A stretch of 46,272 bases of DNA, the filler included, from Sphacelaria rigidula (Eukaryota), in NCBI GenBank assembly GCA_964200075.2. It is 2 parts of 2 records of this genome, joined end to end, with 100 filler letters (N's around TTAATTAATTAA, not from the genome) between each part and the next. Parts side by side here need not be neighbours in the genome. Positions count along the whole stretch, not along the records: positions 1 to 23,095 come from CAXNAA020000287.1; 1 more part is not named here. One strand, 5' to 3'. Positions 1 to 10,450 of the stretch are shown piece by piece. The notes beneath the pieces were generated by a model. It did not search any database. It was given only the letters and a program-made list of their open reading frames with translations, and was not told where the DNA came from. Within the stretch, counting starts at the first letter, position 1. Each line of letters begins with the position of its first letter. A program made the position numbers and the translations under genes.

Positions 1-168
1 GGGGGGGGGTGGGGGGGGGGGGGGGGGGGGTAGACAGCACATCGTCCCACCGCCTATCACCCCACTCCACACACCACACACCACACAGCCACTTGCTGCG
101 AACAACACCGGTCTGCAACATGAGCCGCCTTCAGACTTTCGGCTTTGTGAAAGGCGGCAGCGCAGAGT

Positions 169-254
169 CTGCGGTCGACGTTTCTGCCGAACCGTCCGTA
201 TCTGTGTCTGCTGCGGTCGACGTTTCTGCCGAACCGTTTGTATCTGTGTCTGCT
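169..254 (+). repeat. 42-bp tandem duplication in a short Ala/Ser/Val-rich reading frame
   Basis: ctgcggtcgacgtttctgccgaaccgt[cc/tt]gtatctgtgtctg twice, period 42 (AVDVSAEPxVSVSA). Confidence 0.9.
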
Positions 255-933
255 ACGGCCGCTGCTGCTGCACCAGGGGCCGCCCCAAGAGTGGAGAGAG
301 CTTCGCGTGTGAGGGTAGACGTTCATATCCTAATCTCATCATATCCACTTTTTTCTACAAGCTTTGGAATGATGTTGCTTTGGCGTTCAGGTGTCTGGAG
401 AGTATACTTCGCTGTGTAGCCGACAGTGAAAAAAAATGGACCTATGCTGCCGACTTTTCCCTTGTTTGGTATGGAGAACAAAAAGAGCGAGCGCGCATTT
501 GCATCCATCATTTGTCGCCCAGTTTCGAGGTTTGGCGGTCTGTTATTGGATAATGCATGCGTTTGCAGTGCGCAGTGCGCAGAGCCGACGTAAATGCTCA
601 AATTCGATCGAAACATGACGGAAGAGTGGCTGCGGAATATACTTTGATACATCACAGACTTGAACAAAACACTATGATCATACATCACACCTGGCGTTAT
701 GACCAACTACCTTTTTTGCGACTTGCCTCTTGCACGACGAACCATTTTTGTCAAACCGAAGCATCACGCCGTTTGTTGTACCGCCACTTCTATTATGTCA
801 GATAACAAATCACAAATCACACACTGGTGCTGCTGTACCTCCATACAATCAGGCGTGCACCCACTCCGGGTTTGGTTGCCAGTGTCAGTGTAGTACCGTG
901 AGGTCTTGCGAGCTGTGTCCTCACCAAAACAGC

Positions 934-1084
934 CGTATCGTATCGTATCGAGTATCAGTATCGAGTATCGATACGCATCGGGTCATCTTTCGCGTATCGA
1001 AAAAAATATTGGTATCGACACCTTGAGGTCGATACGTTAAAAATATCGTACCGAACTTTTTTTCCCGTTCGATATTCAACACTG
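934..1084. mobile_element. Probable right end of a hAT-like element
   Basis: Dense cluster of GTATCG/CGATAC subterminal motifs ending in ...gatattcaacactg (reverse complement CAGTGTTGAATATC, a hAT-like terminus). Partner end not seen in the window. Confidence 0.45.
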
Positions 1085-1293
1085 ACTAATACTATGGCAC
1101 ATTCCACAACAAACCTGTGACTGACGTTGCTGCACGCCTGTACACAGGGTTTCAACAACAGGAAGATAAAAGCTGCTGCTCGTGTTGTGTTTGCGCCTCT
1201 TTTGTTACATCGTGTTCTTGTGCCCATATTTCAACACGCCTGACTCGGCAACCAAGCAGAGGATTTGGCTGCGGTTTGATGCGTGCGCTTCCT

Positions 1294-1474
1294 ACACACC
1301 AGAACTAGTGCCTGATGGGGCGAATTTCCGGAACACGTGCCGCAGAGGCCGCAGCACTCTGTAAATCGCCAAAATGTACTTGAAGACACGTTTCCTTCAA
1401 CGTGTTAGGGCTTGTCGGGTCCGCTGTGGCGAAATGAGCAAATCCGCCCCATAGGTCACTAGGTCTAGTGTGTG
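1294..1474. mobile_element. Small MITE (~180 bp) with ~33-bp imperfect TIRs
   Basis: cacaccagaactagtgcctgatggggcgaattt versus the reverse complement of aaatccgccccataggtcactaggtctagtgtgtg. CAC..GTG ends; TSD not evident. Confidence 0.65.
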
Positions 1475-2521
1475 TGCAGGGGGCTGTGAAGTGCCCCAGA
1501 CCGGCTTACTTCCCGTCTCGAGGACGAGGCTATGACAAAATTACAGCTGTCGCATACTGAACCTAGGTAACTTGGGATGGAGCGTGTGTCCTGTTCGGCA
1601 GAGGTTCGGGAGAGGTCCGACCAGTCCATGACGCCTTCATCATCCCTCCGCATTTATTTCTTTTGTTTTTTGACCACGGATTTCTTGTCGCTAGGGCCTC
1701 CATTCACGGGCATAGCAGTGCAAGGCAGAACCCTACGGCAGTATATTGCGGTACGGTGAAGTATAGCAACACCGTACAGACAGTACGGCGGCACTTCCAT
1801 AAGAACAAAGTCGCATTGCAATGATCATGCAACATGCCACCAAATAACGGTGGTCCAGGGCCTCATGACCTCTAACGGAATGGCAATGCAGCAAGGTGCA
1901 GCACTTTTTTTGCGTTGTAGACTACGAATCGTTCAGACCGTCTTCTTCCAGCTGAGGCTGGCAGGAGCGAGGAGCTGTACCCAAGGCAACGTCTTGTACG
2001 CGCCGAAAATTCGAATTTTACCCAACACAACCAAGCGAATGCTGATACCATGGGGTCGACAGGGAGGCCCTCGGCGATGCCAGGCGTTGCTACTTCGTGA
2101 CCGGTCCATTATGGCAAGAATGACAATTGGGATGGATCCCATTTTGCTTGTGAGGGTATATTAATTGTGAACTGGCTGTGACAGTGGGGGTGGTGGGGGT
2201 GGCGGGGGTGATTACTTCTCGTTCCGCTGTCAAGTTTAAAGAGGCACATGGGTTTTCAGAGTGAAGTGCTGCGAACAGGGCTCTGGCGCTGAAAGAGTTG
2301 ACTCTGATTTCTTTTCATAGGGGAACGTATACCGTTACCGGCTTTTCCCTTTCCACTCTGACTCTGAAATGCGAAAAAAATTCCGAAACTCTGTAGTGTC
2401 ATCTGTTGTCCAGGGTGTGAGGTGCTGTAGGTGGGGTGTGCGATTGTGGTTGGGTGGTGCTTGATTTTTTCCGCCGGAGGTTGGGCCGGAGATTACGGGA
2501 ATGCCCCTCATACCCCCAACA

Positions 2522-4479
2522 AACAGCCGATCATCGAAATTGAGGATGGAGCTTTTTGTTGAGGATAATCATCCGGAAATTGAAGTCTTCGCATCCACGC
2601 CAATTCTTCGAAATATGGCTCCATTCCTTCATCTGCTCGTAGCTTTTGCCAACTTCTACATGAAAAAAAAATGGATTCCAATGACCGAAATTTGGGGGTC
2701 CTAGGTGAGAAGAAAATGTTGGGAATTTAAGTGATCCGGTCGGATCACCTACATTCCCAACAATAGTTTTTTCGCCCGGAACCCCCAAAGTTCGGTCATC
2801 GGTATCCAAATTTTCATGGCATACAGTAGCTGTCAAAAGCCACTACAGGCTGGTTCACGCTCATCACCCAAAATTGTGTCATCAGCAAATGCCTTTCGCA
2901 ATACCTACCCAACCGTCGCATACATGATATCATATTGACCTCCATGGACAGCTGAAAAGCGTGATATAGCCGGATTCGTGTGTAAGGCCATAGTGGTAGT
3001 GCTAAGGGCGAAAAGGTACATCGACCAATCAGCGCCCGTCAAATTGTTCCGAAATCGAAATTACGAATTGCAAGCCCAATTTTCACCCGATCTCCACATG
3101 CTTCAAATCGTAGTAACCGTCAACGGCTCGAGAATCTAACGAAAAAACATATTTCGATACGATTACCACGGGGGTCGAATTGTACCCGAAACCGTGATGT
3201 TTTGGTGATGTCCGGTGTTGGCGTCGTCTGATTTCCACTAATGATGCGCACGAAAGACCCAGGGAGTCCCGTGACGGTGTCCCCTATATCTGTTGTAGAA
3301 AAGCTCAGATCGCCCTCAAACTTGGCAGTTCCGTAGGTATTAATGCTCCAAATGGAAAAATCGTATTCTTCACGATAATTCATGGTTTCCCCGTTCTCTA
3401 CCGACTTCCGGGAGTCCCAGTATGAAGACCCCCGGGAGGCGGTACAGAATGCCTGAAAATAAAAAATAAAACGATGCGTCCCGGGATAGTCCACGGAACA
3501 CATGTACAAAGTTTGGTAGACACTCAAAAACCTCATACAGTTTTTCTTGCCTTGACGTAAAATTCACTCCAAAAGACGTTTCCATAATAAAACCAAGTTG
3601 TTAGGAGTTGCACGTTTCAAGCCCACGTCCTCCATAAACGCGGAAACCTTCACGCCGTTATTAGGAGTTAGATCCTGAAACTTTGCACAAGTGTGCCATG
3701 TATCATTACGCAACTTTTCATGGACGATGTGTTTTTACTTCTTGAGTTTTTCACCGTTTTTCGGGGGTCCGACGGGATCCAAGTCGTTTTTCAAAGTAGT
3801 CTCCATTTCGGGACCCTGAAAAACCGGGACTACGATTTTTTTTCTTTCATTCGTGATCGAGCTAGCGCCGCATAACCTAAGGAAGGGGCCCACAAAATGT
3901 CATCGCAAAACTCGATCAACTGATGCTTGAATTTCCTTGTTCACGTCGAAGAAAGCCCAAAAACGCCGTTTTCTTACTAAAATCAAGTAGTTTGCGGTGT
4001 CACCGCGGTGCGTCAAAGTTCATCGCACAAAAGCGAAAAACCTCACGCCATTTTAAGGAGTTAGACCCTGAAATTTTGCACACCTATGCTATGGGTTATA
4101 GCGCGACCTTTGGAGGAACGAAGTGTTTTTAGATTTTTTTCTTTACCGTTGTACGGGAGTCCGATTGGATCGATGTTTCCCGGGAAAAACTGGGACCCCC
4201 GAAAAACGGCGAAAACGGTCAAGAAGTCGAGAAACCTCGACCTTCGAAAGTTGCGTAATGCTCTATAGAAGATCTGTGCAAAATTTCAGGATCTAACTCC
4301 TGGAAACGGCGTGAGATTTTGCCGATGAGTGCTTTTTGGGTGAAATGCCTGAACCAGCCTGTAGCAGACGAAGGAATGAAAACATGTTTCGAGGAATTGG
4401 CGTGGATGCGAATATTTAAATTTTCCGAATCATCATCCTCAATGAAATGCTCCATCCTCAATTTCGATGATAGGCTGTT
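2522..4479. mobile_element. Non-autonomous TIR/foldback element (~1.96 kb) with ~115-bp imperfect TIRs
   Basis: 2522-~2638 (aacagccgatcatcgaaattgaggatggagc...cgcatccacgccaattc...attccttcatctgct) is the inverse of ~4362-4479. No credible ORF inside and no clear TSD. Confidence 0.8.
3651..4315. repeat. Internal ~130-180-bp repeat in three copies (two direct, one inverted)
   Basis: cacgcc...aggagttaga[tc]cctgaaa[ct]tttgcaca at ~3651 (+) and ~4044 (+), and its reverse complement at ~4275-4315. Copies 2 and 3 form a ~270-bp imperfect palindrome. Confidence 0.85.
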
Positions 4480-5252
4480 GACAGCAGATTGAGCAGGACG
4501 AACAGACGCAAATTGGCACATACACCAGCAATGTGCACGGGCTTTCAGTGGTGAGCTTGGCCTTCCCACAAACCCCAGCTTCCATCCGTGCATGTTTGCT
4601 GCTGCGCCTGAGGTGGACAAGGCCTACAAAAATATCAACCGCCCAGTCAACCACGTCAGCCCACTGTGATGCTTCTAGTCTGCAAATAAACTACGCGGAA
4701 TCTGCTTTGACGTCCCGATGTCCTGCTAGGTCTTCCTCGTCTACGATATTGTCATCCTCCACGGGGCTGTCAGGTTTGGCCGCGGGTGCCGAAACGGTTG
4801 ACCTTCGGCTAGAAAGTGAGGAATCTTGGAGCAAAAAGTGATAGTAAAACCAAGGAGAGAAATTACGTGGCTCATCAGATGTGGTCTTCTTTTTCCTGGC
4901 TCACTTTTGCTATGGAATTTGTGTCCATAATGAAAATCCTGACTGCCTACCCAATGGCCTTATGCAGATGGACAAGGAAATGTGGCACAGGTTCATCATG
5001 TGCACATGACACCCACTGAATGGTGAAATAGATGGGCACATCATGGATGCTTAAGCGGATAAAGTGTCTGAATCTCTAAGCTCACACACGATTTGTTGAT
5101 CACTGTACTATAGTACGATCACTCACAACTAGAGCTCGGAAATGGTACCAGTTATAACTGGCCATCATCATTACAATGATAATGATGGTGATGGTTATAT
5201 GAAAAAAATGGATGATGTTTTCAAACCACTATTTACTGTTACCGGCTTTATA

Positions 5253-5845
5253 CGAGCTGGGCCAGCTTAAAAGCTGCTACAACTTGCTCACACCGCAGCT
5301 TCCCTAGTTATTTTCCCGAATGAACCCGATGTAAGCATATCACTGTGAAGCGTAGACCAACCTGGTGACACACGGCACCGCAGCTGAACGAAAAAAAATG
5401 AAAAAATATGCACTGCATAATGTGTAACCTCAACGACGGACGAAAAAAAAGGAGAATCTGTCGGGATTCGAACTTCTGGCCTCCATAGTCGGAGTCTCCC
5501 ATCTCTTGAATTATAGGGGTGCAGCAGCATCACGCAAAACGCACGGCCCAATCCGACGACTCTTGAGCTGAATTTAGGGAAGACCTTCTGCACCCAAGAA
5601 AATGATACACGACGTAAGCAGCTGCAGATTCTGCTCTTTTCCTGGACTTATGGCATCATCTTGTTTTTGCTGAAATTTCGGATCCCCATATCTTCTTTAT
5701 TTTTTATTCTTTCCTTTGCTGCTCATGTGATGTTCTGCAGGTCGATCGTGAAAAGCTGCTGTCAAAATTTCAGCGTCCAACTCCTAATATCACGCCGTGC
5801 GTCGTCTGAGCGAGATTCGCACTTACTCTTGGCTGGCCTAGCTCG
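5253..5845. mobile_element. Tc1/mariner-type MITE (~590 bp)
   Basis: TIR CGAGCTGGGCCAGC (5253-5266) and GCTGGCCTAGCTCG (5832-5845), 13/14 inverse match; TA on both sides (5251-5252, 5846-5847). Removing it restores a ~19-bp tandem repeat (c[ct]gtta[ct]cggctttataa). Confidence 0.8.
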
Positions 5846-5973
5846 TAAGCCGTTATCGGCTTTATAACCCGTTACCGGCTACGTACGCTACATATAGCCC
5901 TTGAAAATTGGCCGAAATTTTAGGCACTACGCCGATACATGGGGATAGATTTGTGTAGTGAAATGGGGAATTC

Positions 5974-6072
5974 AACCAATCAGAGGCCCTCCAGGAAGTA
6001 TACGGCGAAATTTAGCGCCAATGAAATGCGACCTTTATAGCGATTTATGTAGTGAACTATTCTTTTGATTGG
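5974..6072 (+). promoter_or_regulatory. Putative transposase promoter region with CCAAT boxes
   Basis: aaccaatca (~5974), gccaatga (~6017) and tgattggct (~6066) lie 190-290 nt upstream of ATG 6262. Motif-level evidence only. Confidence 0.3.
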
Positions 6073-7505
6073 CTCACAGACTCAAGTCACCTCAAGGTGT
6101 ACGTACTACAGACAGTTCGTTGTGTCGCGCCGGGACGGACGGAGCACAGAGAAACGAAGCACCAAGCACCAAGCAGACAGCGAGTGGTACACTCCTGCCT
6201 CAAGGGTACAGGTGATGCTCGTGTATCGATATATGCCTGTCTTGGCGAGGGCGCTTACATCATGCCGTGGCGGCGAGCCCTGGCACACGCCAGCAACAGC
6301 GGTATGCATGCTTCCGCGTGTGATCAGTACCCTGGCGATGCAGTATACCTGCGTTGTGCTGTGGGTTGCTCCTTTCATCGGAGCACGGGATCTGGCCCAG
6401 CCGGTGGAACGATAATTACCGCTGTTTGTCTGTCTCTACCCAGCAATGTTCGGTATCGCGCAAGCAGCGCCAACACCGGTCCCTTCCGTCACCGTGCCAA
6501 ACCCATACAACCCTCAAGGAGGAATAGCCCTTCCAGCACAACATCAAGCTGAACGTGCACGGCAGAGGTCGGAGGCTACAGGTACAACGAGGGAGGTCGG
6601 CAGGAAGCGAGGGCGTCCCGTAGGGAGCAAAAACAAGCCGACGGCGTTGAAGCCAGGCAGAAATGCAAGGACCGCCTCGGCCGAAGCAGCGGTCAAGGAG
6701 ACCCGAAAAATTACCACCATCTTCAGGAGAAATACCGAGTCTCGCGCGTCGACAGATAGCGCACCATCGCCGAGTGCTGGGAGATCATCCGCAGGTGCAA
6801 GCCTACCATCGCCGAGTGGCCCAAACACTAGTGCCGGAGATCGTGATGGTGGGAGGAGTGATATTGGATCTGCGAGGATTGACAACGCACCACAACCAGC
6901 ATGACTTCGTCAGACACCAGCACCAGCAGCGGCGGCGGCGGCCACTGCACCTCGAACGTGTCACCTCAGCGCCAATTCATCGAGGATATCAAGATCAAGA
7001 TAAAAGCATCCAGGAAGCACGAGAACGGGGGAGTCTCGCGGATGTCGGAGTATCCCTTTAATGGCGGATGGGCGTATCCTCCTGTTCCCTCAGTACAGAA
7101 AGGCGGAGGTGAGTGGCTCTGTCGCGGACTGGTAAAAACTGTACAGTAGTAGAACTTGAAGGTGTCCTACTATCTGTAGCACATGGTGCAGATCGTTCAG
7201 AAAACGTATCACTTGGTGACGGGGTGGTATACCCCGTATGGATTATATTTTCCGTAACATACGGGACTCCTGACCGTTACAGGTCTACCATGCGTGGAGC
7301 CGTTCTACCCGAAGAAGGTGTTCACGTGGGTGCCTGAGTACATCTGGGATGAGATCGAGTATATCCCCTGTCCGCATTGTGGCGGGCATGGGCAGCCGGA
7401 TGGGTGAAATTGTGAACCACGCCGAGTCTTTTTGGAGGACGATATCTGCTACATGATCGGATTCAGGTGGGCCTGCCTAAACTGCTGTTCATATACTTTC
7501 GAGTA

Positions 7506-8115
7506 CAAAGCGCGACAGATGTTGAGAAACTCTTATTTGGAGCTTGGTTCGGCGTCTTCTTTCCCATTTCAGCAGAAATGCGTAAATCCGAATTCGTGAT
7601 GTTTAAAGAGATGCAAAACGCCAACTGCTTAATTTTGAAATTCTTATTTTGCACAGGCATAGGAGAAGGGGGCATCCGAGGTACCCCCTACTCTTATCCT
7701 CTGCCAAAAGAGACTGCAGGTACAGTACTGTGCCGTGCGCCAGCAGTAAGCAGTACGTGAGCCCGTTTTGTTCCGAAAGACAAATCGGAACAAAATACAG
7801 TACTGTATGAGTTTTGTACAGGTTGTCATTATCCATAGGGTGTCGCAGTAGAGATGAATGTTTGCCAGTTTAAGAGAGGTGGCAGCTTGTTTGGGGGCCT
7901 GATGTAGCCGTGGTGATTGTGAAGGCAATTTCTAATTATTTTGATCTGTAGTGCCTTCTTGTAGATTCTTCCCTGCCGACCCCCTGCCACTTTTAGATTT
8001 CTCGTTACTATTCTCCCCTTGAGTTCAGCACGAATGCTTACCCGTGCAGTCTTAAATTAAAAAAAACGAGCCTGAAATTCTTAACTACGAAATTTTCAAC
8101 GTATGTCGCCCTCTG
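7506..8115. mobile_element. Tc1/mariner-type MITE (~610 bp) in intron 3 of the transposase gene
   Basis: TA|CAAAGCGCGACAGATGTTGAGAAA ... TTTTCAACGTATGTCGCCCTCTG|TA (imperfect ~24-bp TIR, TA TSD). Removal shrinks intron 3 from 816 to ~204 nt, close to the other introns (92-195 nt). Confidence 0.75.
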
Positions 8116-9721
8116 TACATGGAGTACATCCATTGCTGCCGAAGAATATGTCACTGTTGGTCTCCGCATAAAAGTGCTGCATGTGAGGTGTTTTTTTTCG
8201 AACCGCGGTCGATATATTTTATCGAAGTACTTGCAGTTAAGTATCGCTCGTGCTTGGTGCTAAACTCGCGCTTTTGTAACAGGTACTATTGCAAGCGGTG
8301 TGTTGATACCAACAAGACTTAGCAGAAAGATCAGCATACAACCACCACATTCAACGCGTGGGATGCCGACGTTTTAGCAAGGATGGACGACTTCGTGTGT
8401 AAAGAATTCTCGTTCGTCCTGACCAAGAAAGCCGCCATATGTATGACCGTGGTTAACCGCTTAGCGGATGATCTCCTCGAGGGAAAAGGCTTTTCGGCGA
8501 CTTCAAACTCTCTTGAAAGGGCATACTCTGCAACGTACTTCAAACTCTTCCGTTCGTACGTATCGCTAGCCAATCGCCGTGTGTCTCAACTCAAGCGTTT
8601 GGGGGGGCAAGATTTTGACGTCGGCCCTATCGCAGGGTTCGGGTGTATCGGAGACCCTGTCGAGTTCAACAGCAGCCATCCATCCGCTCACTATCTGAGG
8701 GACATCTGGCACAAATGGTTCTACGAACTTCCCATTATACAGGTACGGAGAAGTGAAAGATTAGCAGATTTTGGTGTGCGCGTAGTTTGGCTGTATGAAT
8801 GTGAGAGGAACAGCAGGCGGTGTGGGTAAGGATGAATCAATAGTGTCAGTACTGATGGTGGCCATGACTTTTGTTTATTCCCTCGGATTGGTATCATGTC
8901 AGGATGGTGGACAGGCGTGGGCACGTGAAGAATATCTGCAGCGTCGTGCTCAGTTAGTTGACGGTCGGCTGCTGGCAGGCGATGCTTCCTTCAAGTACGG
9001 CAAGGTAATCCGATTGCCCACAGGACCAGATGGGACACGCGCGCGGCCCGTGTACGGGATATTCACCATCATGAACGAGTACGACCAGGTGGGGTGGAAT
9101 GCTGTTCATGTCGCCGTGGTTGCGATTCGCAATTTTTTGTTATCAAGCAATTGATGCACAACTCCTTTTTTCTTGACCCATTTTCTCGGTCGAGGTCTCA
9201 CGCTTAACCCTCCCCCGCTGACTCCCTCGGCTGCTTTTCCCGTATTCTAGGTTGTATTTTTAAAGGCCATGAAGACTGGATCAGTCCACGATCTCAAGAA
9301 TGATCTTAAAATGTTTATCAAGCGCTTCGTGGGTCATGGCTTCGAACTCCCAGTGATCCTTTTCACAGATACGACACGTGTTTCGAAGAAAACATTTTGT
9401 CTGCGATAAGCAGGCTCAGTTGTTCATAGTGTAGATTATCCCACCGCTAATTGTTGTCTCTTCATCCGTTGTATATGTTTCCGTGTCGTAGACGAATGTT
9501 GCGAGGATCGGGGACTGCTCCTCGCGATATCCCGAGAAATAATGGAGGAAACTGGTGTCCGTTTGTACGATGCTGCTGACGCCGATAGCGTAAATGAAGA
9601 CGCTACTGTGCCTGAACTCTCATTCCCCTCGCCCGCGCGTGGCAAGTACGTTTGGGATCTGGCACCGGGAGCAAGCGCCATCTCGTTGGCGGTTTCTCAG
9701 CTTGCCAAAGGCTCCACTGTG

Positions 9722-10450
9722 CAGGGGAACGTTTTGGGATTCGACTGCGAATGGGAGCCAGCGCTAGGCGGCGCGACACCAAATCCTGTCTCAACTGTCC
9801 AGCTGTTGCTTCCTGATGGCACCACCTATTGCTTTCATCTTCAACGTGGGCAAAATCGAACCACCCCGTCGAACTTCCCGGCTGCCTTGCGAGAACTTCT
9901 GGGAGACCGTTCCATCGCAAAGGTATGGTTAGTGTGCCTATTTTCAAAGTGCTAAGGTACAAATGCGGTGCGTGTGCGTTACTCATGCAGTCTGCCGCTT
10001 CCGCTCATCTCCAGGTCGGTGTAAATGTGAATTCTGATGCTTCTCTTTTGGAGCGAGACTATGGCGTCGACGTCGCTAACATCGTAGACGTGAGGACTCA
10101 CGCAAGAGAGTGTTGGGTGGAGGACGCCGTCTCGTTCGCTGGCGGGCATGGTGGGTGCTTTGATCGGGAAAGATCTCCCTAAATATCCGACCATCCGCTT
10201 CTCTCGATGGAGCAGCGGTTCCCTTACAAATGAGCAGGTGGGATTCAGGAAGCTCTGCGCATTGCTTTTGCGCCTGCAACGATTTTCTTGTAGTATCCTT
10301 CTCATCACTGCTTAGATGTTCGCGTAGTGCTTTTCAACTTGCTATTTTGTCCATATTCTCATGATGAACCACGCTCTTCTTATGGTCACAGGTGCAGTAT
10401 GCGTGCCTAGACGCGTACGCGTCCGTGCTCGTGTACCAGGAAATCGAGAG
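9722..10450 (+). other. DEDDy (DnaQ-like, WRN/RNase D family) 3'-5' exonuclease domain inside the transposase
   Basis: ExoI VLGFDCEW (D 9743, E 9749), then VSTVQL..FHL..FPAALRELL..IAK/VGVNVNSD (ExoII D 10036). After correcting a +1 frameshift: SRSLAGMV..LPK..IRFSRWS..LTNEQ/VQYACLDAY (ExoIII Y 10398, D 10410). Spread over exons 7-9. Confidence 0.9.

Noticed and set aside
1-30. Poly-G run and ORF 9..419
   Set aside because: Homopolymer at the contig start. The ORF has no recognisable domain; at most the part from ATG 120 is a remnant exon of a defective element.
1480-2160. Possible decayed hAT transposase C-terminus on the minus strand
   Set aside because: Only vague similarity spread across different frames with stops; cannot be supported without a profile search.
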